Part shown: positions 24,793 to 35,800 of the stretch, piece by piece
Layout of the letters: each line of letters starts with the position of its first letter
How positions within the stretch are numbered: position 1 is the first letter of the stretch
Assembly: GCA_965202585.1 (NCBI GenBank)
Contig: OZ241827.1
Location: forward strand, 77,562,001 to 77,626,000
Reading direction: 5' to 3'
Length of the DNA: 64,000 nt
Source: Thalia democratica
Taxonomy: Eukaryota
The notes under the pieces: generated by a model
What the model saw: the letters and a program-made list of their open reading frames with translations, nothing else
Databases searched by the model: none
What the model was told of the DNA's origin: nothing
Program-made: the position numbers and the translations under genes

Positions 24793-24919
24793 TAGTGATG
24801 TACCGAACTCACTATCCGGGTCCGGGTCCGTCCGGATATTGCCATTTTTGTCTGATATCCGGATCCGGCCGGATTCTAATTTGAAAAATAAGTCCGGATC
24901 CGGGTTCGGTACATCACTA
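24793..24919. mobile_element. 127-bp mini-element (MITE-like) forming the right end of the composite
   Basis: Perfect 16-bp TIR pair TAGTGATGTACCGAAC / GTTCGGTACATCACTA; no TSD of its own (GTTTATAC vs CTTTTAAA). Confidence 0.82.
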
Positions 24920-26780
24920 CTTTTAAAACATAATGAAATTTACTCATTGTTCATTCATTTGATAGCTTATGAAAAATGCGAGAGAATTTATTTGAGAGAA
25001 ACTAAAAAAATAGAAACGAAATGAAGCATAACATAGTTTGCCTGCAGTTTTATGATTGTAGTCCACAAAGAACAATATATGTTTCAGTGTTCTCGATATC
25101 TTAAATTAAACATAATTTATTACAAAGTAAACGTTAGAAGTTAGGTTTAATCGACTAAAATATAAAACGTGTCGTTTTTTATTTTAAATTCTAAGTTTCT
25201 CTTTTTCAAGTAAAGTCTTTTTTTTCTCAACATCATAAATTAACAAAACATTGTTTTGTTAATGTTACGCCATAAGGCTTATAACTTCCAACAATCTCAT
25301 AATCCTAGTACTAACACTTTAATATTTATTTATTTTTTAAACAAATGCATATTTCATCAAAGATCTAAACAAAGCCGACAACGTTCCGCATGAGTGAGTG
25401 GAGTCAAAGGGGCGCGATAATCGGTAAATTAACGGGAGAAAATCCGCATAAATCTCACGTTGCTTAGCAGATCGTGGATTGTAAATCTAAAAGCTGACTA
25501 ACTTATTAAACTGTGGGTGATGTGATCGCTAAAGTTTTATTAAATTTGCGCACAAAACAAACTTACTTTATTTTTTAGGGTCAGCAGATCATAAAAAGTG
25601 CATGGTTCAAAAATGATATTTTAGATGATAGAGGACTAAAATTTTTCAATGGCTTTCAAAAGTTTGTTTAAATAACAAAATAAAATTAACGGTCCTGGAA
25701 AGAAAAATTTCACTTATTCAAGTAACTATAACTGTCAAGGGTTATAACGACAACTAACTAAAATTTCATTAAAAAAAATTTAATGCTAACTTAGTATCAG
25801 ATTTTTTCCATCGTTTATTGGTTGCATGCAAGCGATCAGGTTCTTAATTAACCAATGAGGGTATTTCTTACAGCGCAGAATCAGAAGGAAGCTTAGATAA
25901 AGACACTTTGTTTTTATTGGACAAAATAAGCGAGTTAATTAGATTCGTCATTAGGTCAATTGGTCGTTTAGAGCGTAAGAGCTACGGGTTAAGGGTAAGG
26001 GCAAGAGATTCTACAGGGAAAAGCACTTAAGCCAGACTGGTTGTCAATGTGTTGCCTAGTAACCTTGGGTTGCAATATGAACAATAAACTGACCATGATA
26101 AATGTAACTAAAAACACCTCCCCTGGACAAGTGGTTGATACCATAAACGCTACTAGATCTGATGTTGTTTATGACATCATAGATTGTTCGGGAAAGGGAG
26201 TTTTTAGAGTGGATCGATATACAGGTTGGTAAAAGATTGATTAAAAGAAAATTCTAGTCCTAAAATAAGTACATACTTTAAAACTTTATAAGAAAAAGTT
26301 AACTTTTAATGTTTTAACTTTATCAATTGTATTGATGTGAATAACTTTTAATTTGAACTTTTTAAATCTAGTATTTACTTTTATAGACAAGTAATTTTCA
26401 GTTTAAAAAGTTTTAGTAGTATCATAACATGGTGTGTACTTTAAATAATAGTTAGCCTGATTTTTCTTGTTTTCATAGTTAATATATCCTCTTTATGTAC
26501 TTTTAAAACTGTCTAAGGTTCAAAGAAAACATAATATAATTTTTAGCTTGTACAAAAGTTTCGCACATATTTTTAAGGTTAGGACATAAGAGATTTAGTT
26601 ATTTTTACATATAAACATAAGAACCGAATTTAATTAGTTTTTTAAAGTTATTTTATTTATATCTGACAATCAAAAAGCATTCTTAAAAAGTCTTTAAATT
26701 TTAATTTTTTCAAAATCCAAGGTTTAAGTAAACAAGTTCAGTTGAATTTAATGAATTTTTGTTCAAACAAAACTTAAATA

Positions 26781-26859
26781 ATTGTTTTGGAATTCTATAT
26801 ATTTCTTAAACAGTAAAATAATTGTTTTGAATTTTATATATTTCTTAAACAGTCAAATA
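26781..26859 (+). repeat. 40/39-bp tandem duplication in copy 2 intron
   Basis: ATTGTTTTG(G)AATT(C/T)TATATATTTCTTAAACAGT(A/C)AAATA twice; single copy near 63279-63317 in copy 3. Confidence 0.85.
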
Positions 26860-29800
26860 CTTGTTTGATACGTTTTGTTGAACCGTGACTTGTTTATGTT
26901 TGCATATTTCGTTTTACATACAAACAAGCTGTAATTGCATACCATGCATTTAGTCTTTAATTGTTTGTAAATGTTTATAAACTACTGTAAAAATTTCGAA
27001 GTCTCAGTATATATAAACGTTTAAACTACCATAACATTTTTATCCAATATTTATTTTAACAGTTAATTACTAACAAAACAATGTTTCAATCCTATACTTG
27101 CATATAAGAGATCCTCAGTTGTTGTAAATAGGTCTGAAATTTTTTTTTGAACTAATGAATGGAAGTTCCATACATAGCTAAACAATAAAATTACATAAAA
27201 GTTTTATAAGTTTAAAGACAGTGTAGTTATATTTCTTAAATTTACTTATAAAAGAGAAAAGTACTTTTTTGATATACAAAAGCTTTCAATGTATACATAT
27301 TAATAACTTGTTTAAACGATCAAGAAATTCGGCAAAAACAACTACTGATGCCTTCTTATTGAAGATTATCGGTGTAAGTAGCAAAAAGGAAATTTATTTT
27401 TCTGAAACGGATGTGCTCTATAAAGCTTGTTTATCACTAAACCTGGTTATTACGTCACAGTAGTGCCCTTAAGCTGCACTAGTAATTTCTCCAAAAATTT
27501 CAATGAAGCTACTTGATGAAGTGAAACAGTTATGATGCTTGACTTTTCTTACTTGAATAAAAAGCTTATGCAGACATCCTTAAAAAACATATGTTGTACA
27601 AGCATTTTAAATATTATTGTTTGTCTACTGTCTAGTTTTATCTGAAAGCAGTTATTTATTTGTAAAACAAGTTTTTTAACTTACTATAACTATATTTTTA
27701 TTGTGTTTCGTTTTTCTAAAAGAAATAAACAAATTAAAACACAAACTTATTTTTTTTCTATGTTTAAATTTTTGGATTTTATTCTTAAAATATCAAAAAA
27801 TACTTGAAGGTTATAGTCGTTCTATTATTTTAGGAAACAAAATAGTTTGAATAAAACGATTTCATACTTATATTTAATGACAAATAAAGTGCAAAATTTC
27901 TATCTATGCTAATCTTTAAAGTTACAGTGATCTTAGATCAAGACTATCAAGAAAGCACAGCTTTTTGCTACTTTTTTCTTTATAAAATTTATCTTCGAAA
28001 AAAGGTAAAATAAGGAAATTCTTAATTGATTTATATGACAAATTTCTTTAATATATGATTTTAAACATTTATAAGAGAGTAATTTGAAGTTGAATTAGAA
28101 TTTTTTTAATTAAGCCAAGTACTAAGATATTTGTATTTAAATTAGATGCTTTTGCTTCTGTTGAAGGTTTAGCTGCTTCATGAGCAATTAGCCTTGTGTA
28201 ATTAAAACAAAAAGACAAAAATGCATTAGCTAAATACTAGTAAAAAGTATCAAGAAAGTGCTTTATATTTGTGAAAAATTTACATAGACGAGGTAAACAC
28301 GAAAAATAACAACAAAAGAAGTAAACTTTACCCGCTGTATACACAAATAAGAAGAATGGTGAATACTTGAAGCTTGTTTAAGTTACACAAAAGGTTCTCG
28401 ACAGTTTATAAGTCTTTGTGCCAACAAAAAAACTACTTTCCATTTCAAAAAGAGCAAGAAATAATGATAGGGTGGGGCATGAGTCATATCTTTTGTTTAG
28501 GAAGTTGAGTTTGTACAACGCAGATTCTTAATTTGAAAGGAATGAATAAATAATTACTTTATTTTTTCCCTATTTTGTATAGGCATGCTTAATTGGGTTA
28601 TAACTCGCTTTAGTTGTTTTTGTATTGGTATAGCATGAAGAAAATTTAAAGTCTTAAGTACATTTACACAACTATTTTCAGTCTAACATATTTAACTATT
28701 TTAAAACAACAATACTCTTAAAATTTTTGGAAAAAGTAGCGAAAGTACGCTATATTATTTTAACTTTAAATGACAGCAAAACAAATTCCTTTATGTTGGT
28801 AGTCGGTCATGTACGTACATTAAGAAGCACAAAGTTAGATGTCAAACTCTAGTTTGACACAAAAACTATCATGTTAAGTTACAGCAGAGAAAATTTCCTC
28901 AAAATGACAGCGGGTTTGTATACAAAAGTCTCATTTGTCAGCTGTTTTCTTTTATGGTGTACTTGTTTTTAATTTCAGATGACAAGCAAAAACTAGAACT
29001 TTAACTTCGGGCGGTTGTATAATGTTTAAGTTTTTCTTCCATAAAGTTCAAGCCTGTGTTAAGCATTTTACCAATGTCAGATATTCGTTCTGCAAAGTAT
29101 TAGTTTGAAGTAAATATATATTTTTGTATCTAATTCATCCAGTTAGTAAAAAAAATCTTAGTATTTCTTCTGTGAGGTTTACTTCACAGTTTCAGTATAA
29201 AACAAATAGTTGTAAAAACATAAAAGTTAAGAACACAACTACTTTACGGTATTAGTTTCATTCAATATATTTTTTTTTGAATGGTTTTTTAAAATAAAAA
29301 ATCTACTAAAAATATACTGACTGTAAAAAATGTGTGATAATATTTCATCAATAACATATGCATGCCCTCAATTAATTTGATACAGCATATGTTTTAAATT
29401 ATCCTGTTCTTTTTTAGTTTTACTTAAATTCAAGTAATTAATCATTACGCCTGTAAGACTTAATTATAAACAGAAGCATACTGGAAATATGTTTAGAGAG
29501 CTTTTTTAATTATTTTTTTTTTGTTGTATGGTTTAGGAATTAACTTCTACTTCATCATTTTGAAATTTAGTTTTCTTCAATAAACATTTTGTAGCTTTGT
29601 TTGTGTGAATTTTTGTTCAATTACAAAAACAAACTTTCTCAAGCTAAGTTATTATCTTTGTTTAAAAGCATTCAAATTTACATATATTTTAATATGTTTC
29701 TTTTAATATATTTAGCTAATAAGGTACTATGACTGTTCTCTCTTTTTTAAACATTAATCATGATCTAAATAATAGTCGAACACGTATTTTTTGTACTGAA

Positions 29801-32800
29801 TATTATAAACAACAATTTTTTTCTGTTTTAAAATACAACTTTTGAATACTTATTAAGATGTTTTTTATAACAGTTTAAAAAACTGTAATCATTTAGAAAA
29901 AAACAACATTTAAAACTTATGATAAAATTTGTAAACAATTATAATTAAATTGTCAGAAAAAAGTATATCAATATCTGTTATTTTTGTTTACATAAAAAAA
30001 AAGTTAGAAATTATTTTCATCAAAGTGTATATTCCTAAACAAATTTTTACTTACTTAAAATAATAAAAACAAATTAACTTAATAACATGTTAAAAATAGA
30101 CTTTCAATATTTTCAGGACAAGTAGTTCTTGCTCGATCACTTGACAGAGATATGGAAGAATATCATTGGCTTATAATAGCAACACGTGATAAACAGGGTC
30201 CATATTTTTCTGAAGACTACATAAAAATAGCAGTAATAGCTGTGGATGTCAATGACAACTATCCAGTTTCTGACCAGCCAAGCTACAATATCTCGTTAGT
30301 TATACAGAGCATGTTATGTTATATTTAAACTAAAATAGTATTAACTGCAAATTGTTTTAAAAGATAAAATAAGTTACATTAAAACAAAAAATTTAGTGAA
30401 ACTTGTTTTTAAATAAGTTTTTCTTTAACTTTACGTTTACTACAAAATCTTAAAGTATTTTAAAATCTACAACATTTTAATTTGTATACTTGTAAAAATC
30501 TAATACTATATATTTTTTAATGTTAAAGCAAATAGTTCCTAAAATTACTTTAAATATTACATAATTACAGTGTGGATTTTGGTACACCCGTTAACACTCC
30601 TTTATTAAATATACAAGCTTCTGACAAAGATAAAGGTTGAAATGTAAAAGTTTACATAGTCTATCTTGAAAACAGAAATATTCAAAATAAACTCTGAAAC
30701 AGGTTATTTTCAAAAGTATTTATGTGTTTGTTTGCTATTTTTGAAATACATAAAATAAAATAAAATTTAAAAAAAAGTTTAACTGACTAAAACTAAAGAA
30801 AATTAAAAAAAAAACATGCTTTCCTACACAATAAAAAAATAGTTAACATTTAAATACAATTAAAGGCTAAATCATTAGCGGAATATAATTAAATACATTT
30901 TCTTAATTTTTTACAGTTACTGCTGATATTTTGTTAGAAAATTTATGTAGTAAAAATTAGTTTATACTTCATGAAGTTCAACGTGACCTCTAAATTTTTA
31001 TACGTGGTTATTTTTATCATTTAATTAGTTTACGCTACTTTTGTATGTACTTAGCTGAGAAATGTAGCCATGTAAAGGTCAAAACGTTTGTAAATATGAT
31101 AGGTATGCTAACGATAGTAATTAGTATTTAAACTTAAGACATAGAATGCACTTGTTAAGTACACACAAATAAAACGTTCTGCTAGAGCTATAACGAATTC
31201 GGTTACATCAAAAAAAAAAAAGTTTGACTAAAATGGTACTGAGAATTACTCACTTAAATCTGTTTTAAATGTACATTTAATTAAAAATTGTTTCCTTTGT
31301 TGTACATGAAAAATTAGAATTACTAACAAAAAATAAATATGTAGATTGATTCTATAACAGATTACAATAATTAAGTTGTAAAAATTTTAACAAGATTTTA
31401 ATAAAGTCTCAAAGTTGTCAACAGAAAACTTATATGACCTATAAGTCACAATAAAAGTTAAATTTACTCACAATACCCTGTAAGATTACAAAAGAAACCC
31501 AAACTAAACAATTGAAACCGCTCTTACAGAAAGTGAGCTAATCCCTATTTACTTTTACCGTTTAACTTAGCTAGTCAAAAGCTATTTTGAATGTCTTTTG
31601 TAAATCAGTAGCGCGTAAAAGTAAAAAGATGACATTTTAATTTACGTGTGATTAGACATATTAAAAAGTCGCGGTCTCTATAAGAGCTAATTCAAACCGG
31701 ATATTAATAAAGTTTTTAAACTTAGTTTGTCAAATATAATTTAATATAATACTGTTAAATAGCAATAAGTATAATATAAAAGATTTTTAAGGTTTTAGTT
31801 ATCTTAAACCAAGCCTATAGTTTGGTGAAACTGTTTATTTTTATTTTGAATAAGGGGTTTGTTTGATAAACTGATGTCTGGTGGATTTATTTTATTTCAA
31901 AAGCTTTAAATTAATATTTTAAAACACATTTATAGTGTAATATTTTTTTTTTGTAACTTTTAACATCGTTTTTGCTAAAAATAACTAAAAATTATCAATT
32001 ACACAGGTAAAAAGTTTAAGACAAAAACAACATTGACATAATTTTGTTTATAGAAATATATACCTAAAATATGTTCATAATAGTGTAAAAAACTACTTAT
32101 ATATATAAAGTAAAAATAATACACATACTTGTTTCAGTAAATGCGCATAGGTTATGCTTAACACTTATAAAAATTACCTTCAAAACATTAAATTGCCATA
32201 GAAACAAAAGAACCGAAAGAAATTGTAAAATTGCTTATAATAGCCAAGAGTTTGTTTACATTTACTAGTAAGATCAAACGCAGTTAAACTGCTCATTTAG
32301 CAATTATTTGTTTTAAAGCAACAATGCTTTGCAAGTGAACTTGTTTTGATTTGAATACATCAATCTAATTAAAAAAGAAAATATAATAAAGTAGTAATTA
32401 TTTCCTGTTCATTTGATCCCTACCAATTATGCATAGAAGGGGTTAATTTTATAAGCAAGTATTCTTAAATGATTTATAACTTAAGAAAAGATGTTTGCAA
32501 AAAATATATAGTTCAGCAACTCAAATATAAAAAACTCTGATAAAAAATTTATATTAATTTTATCCAAGATAAAACTTATCGAAAAATAGATATACTTTTT
32601 TTTTTCTAACAGAGACTTTTATTTAGCATATTGACATTTTTTATATTTTAGAGAAATATCTGCTTTAAACACTTGCAGTATTTTATTTTGTTTTATTAAA
32701 ATGCTGAAAAAAATGATATAATTTTTTTAGTTTTTGAATAAGATAGCAATTGCTTGTGTTACTTAAGTTAAATTTAGTTTTTATATGATGTTACAAAACA

Positions 32801-35800
32801 ATATTTGTTTAATCTTGCTTTGTGTATTGACTCAACTATTGTTACGAAATATTGAATGAAGCTTATAAATAAACATAAAACTTTATTTTAAATAATCTTG
32901 TTTGTTCAAGAAATCATTATTCTTCTGCAATTTAATAAAATCACATGTTTTTATTATATACGAGTAAGGATTGTCTATTCAATGAAACACGTCAAAATAT
33001 TTGTGTAAACCACAATTACTTTAAAAATCTGAAATTCATCTGATAAAATAATAAAAATAAAATTAGAATTTTTTACTTTTTTTGTTGGTTGAATTAAAAC
33101 ATAAAGTGGGTAATTTATCAACTAATGTTATTGAAATGCCAGTTATGTAGATAAACAAGTATACTTAATTCCTAATTAACAAAACATGTCTTATGCACTG
33201 AATTACCCTCAAACTAAATGCAGCAAAACATATATTGATTGCTCTCAAGTCTAATACTTGCGTTTAGTTCTAATTTTACAAAGTAGATCTTATTATCATT
33301 ATTTTTGTCAAAAATATTTTTAACACCTTATTAAATACAAGAATAAACTTGTTGTAATTCTAAAGGTAACAATTAAAACATTTTTATTAAAAATATTCTG
33401 TCATAAAACCCACATTTTGAAATGAACTTTTATTAAATACGTTGTCAAAAGTTTTATACAGACTTTTGCAATTGATTGTATCCTGTATTTTTTATGTTTT
33501 TAGCAATCAATAATACTAAAGTTTATTTGAAAACTCTTATGAACAAAATCTTTCGAACTATTTTACGAGTTGTTTGATGTGGTCAGACTTTGAATTTTCA
33601 TTTCCTTACAACAATATGCATTTGATAGCAAAAATATACAAATTTGATGTTAGCAGCCAGGTGTTTTATTTTTTAATTTAAAAGATATTATAAAAATAAT
33701 ACTTTAACACTTACTTGTTTGTCTTAATTATTTAAAATATTAAGCTTACTTAACAAGGCAAAGTGTATGTGTTTAACACCAAAATAAATTTAAACTAGTC
33801 TGAATAACTTGTTTAAAATGTAAACCTAAAAAAAATTAATTATTTTGATTAATTTGTTTTTCTGTGATGTATAATTTATAAAATTGAACAGAAACGTCGT
33901 TAAAAAATCGTTTTTATTAAATTATTAAAATACTGAATATTACTGTAAAGTTCATAATACATATGTTATTCATTACATTCGTATATACAGTAAAGTAAAC
34001 GACTGTTGAAAGGAAACCTTTTAAAAGTTTCAAGTACTTTATTTTTCTAAATGGAATCAAAAACAAATAATATTAAAAAATAAAAACAATCTAATGAGCA
34101 ATACACTTGATGTTATAACACAGTTAAAAAAAGTTGTACGAAAACAAAAACAAATCAGTTAAGTTTTTGACAAAAATCTCTTGTGTTCAAAATAAAATTA
34201 CAGTAAGGTACATAGGATAATAAAAAAAAAGAACAAATATAAACGTTCATGCAAAACTGTTACTTCTCAGCAGGAGACTAGTTTACAAAATATAATAAAA
34301 TTTAGACAACTTGGGTGGTTACTTCAAAGGAAACCAAAAGTCTTAAAATATTATTTTACCTATAAACTTTATAGAAATATTTATTGTTTATTACCACAAA
34401 GATAAATAAGTTATGTAATCGTAATAAAGTAATTTATCATAATTTGTTGTCTTATAAACATTAACCAAGTGGTTCTGTTTATTAACAAAAACGCTACCCT
34501 AGCTTATATTAAGATTTAAATAAACATATAAAGTATTAGTTAATTTTTATTACGTTTTTTCCTTTATATTAGCTTATATTAAATAATTAAGTATTAAACA
34601 TTTTTAAATGGAATTCTTTTTGTGCTTTTCAAACAGCTTAAAGTATTTAAAGTTATGTAAATAAAAAGCATAAAAAAATGTATTTTTATTTTCACAGCAT
34701 TCCCACGCTTTGTAGTTCTGTGTGTTTTTACCGCAATTATGACGTAATTAAGAATATATAAATTGAACTTGTTTAATGCCAAGCTTTTGTACAACTAGAC
34801 AAAACTAAATGTAATTATGTGTTTGTGTATTAGGATAATTTATAATTTACTTTTACTTCATTATTTAATAAACTAAAACTAATAAAAATGAACAAAATGT
34901 TTTAAGACTAGAGTATACGTTAGGTAAATAATACTTGTACTTTTTATTTATTAACTTATTTATAAATGACAAAGTTTAATTTTATTAACATTTATACGTA
35001 GTTTCTCTATAAGTTAAAAGTAGACAACGTTTAATAACTAATAGAAGAAATAAGAATGTTAATTAAGAATTAGTTTATTTTTTAAATGTTTAATTTTTAA
35101 TGATGTAGTGTATAACTAAATAAGAAGTAATTCTTAAGTTTTATATAAAAAGTAAACTAAAAATTAGTTATGTTTTACTATTTTTTAACCGTTTTAAATT
35201 TATTTCTAGGTCAAATTAACACTGCAAAAGAGCTGGTACCAAATGTACTTGATGGATTAAAGCAAATTTCGTTCGTTGTAAGTTTTAATTAAAATATTCA
35301 TGAAACTATTTATAAAGTTTAGTCTAAACTCAAGATTTTATAATGTAATATAACTCAACTTAAAAGCATAAGTTTTAAATTTTAATCTTCATTTAGTTTT
35401 GTGATGATTTCTGAGGTTTTAAATTTACAAAAAGCTGAAGGTAAATTTTTTTATAGCTGTGTTGATAGATATATTTATCTATCTTTAAAAGATATATGTG
35501 TGGAGTATCTGTTGTATCTTAAAGTAGTTGTTTTGTTTAAAACTTTATTCAAAGTTTTGATTGTGTTTAAAATTGTAATGATTAAACAACATAATTTTAA
35601 AAGACACTTCAAAAATAGAGAATATGTACTTAAAACTTTTCAAAAAATTTTTTCAAAGTTACGATTTTATGACGTAAAAAAACTCCCGTCGTGAAATGAA
35701 CTGTAAATTTTTGACACAATTTATTTTTTGTATTTTTGCATAAATCTATATTATTGAACTTTTGTACAATTGGTAACTTCATACTGAATAATAATGAAAA

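Larger units (their letters stand above)
23398..24919. mobile_element. Non-autonomous hAT-type DNA transposon (composite, 1522 bp)
   Basis: Left end TAGTGATGTACCGGAC (23398), right end GTTCGGTACATCACTA (24904-24919). 8-bp TSD CTTTTAAA at 23390-23397 and 24920-24927. Subterminal CCGGATCCGG/CCGGGTCCGG arrays. Empty site with a single CTTTCAAA at 61402-61409. No transposase ORF. An 8-bp TSD with short TIRs is typical of hAT. Confidence 0.88.
1..27538 (+). repeat. Segmental tandem duplication, visible arm A
   Basis: Position 1 matches 39227 (offset 39226); 25381 matches 61882 (offset 36501); 27538 matches 64000. Offsets shrink because of deletions in the second arm and the transposon in the first. 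Confidence 0.97.

Noticed and set aside
24940-25170. Possible additional decayed cadherin exon upstream of 25363
   Set aside because: No convincing cadherin motif in any frame in either copy (24940-25170 or 61420-61650).
2915-35690. Scattered TATGACGTA words (about 2922, 22954, 34737, 35669) as a dispersed repeat family
   Set aside because: Flanking sequences do not align beyond a few bases; cannot support a SINE or MITE call.
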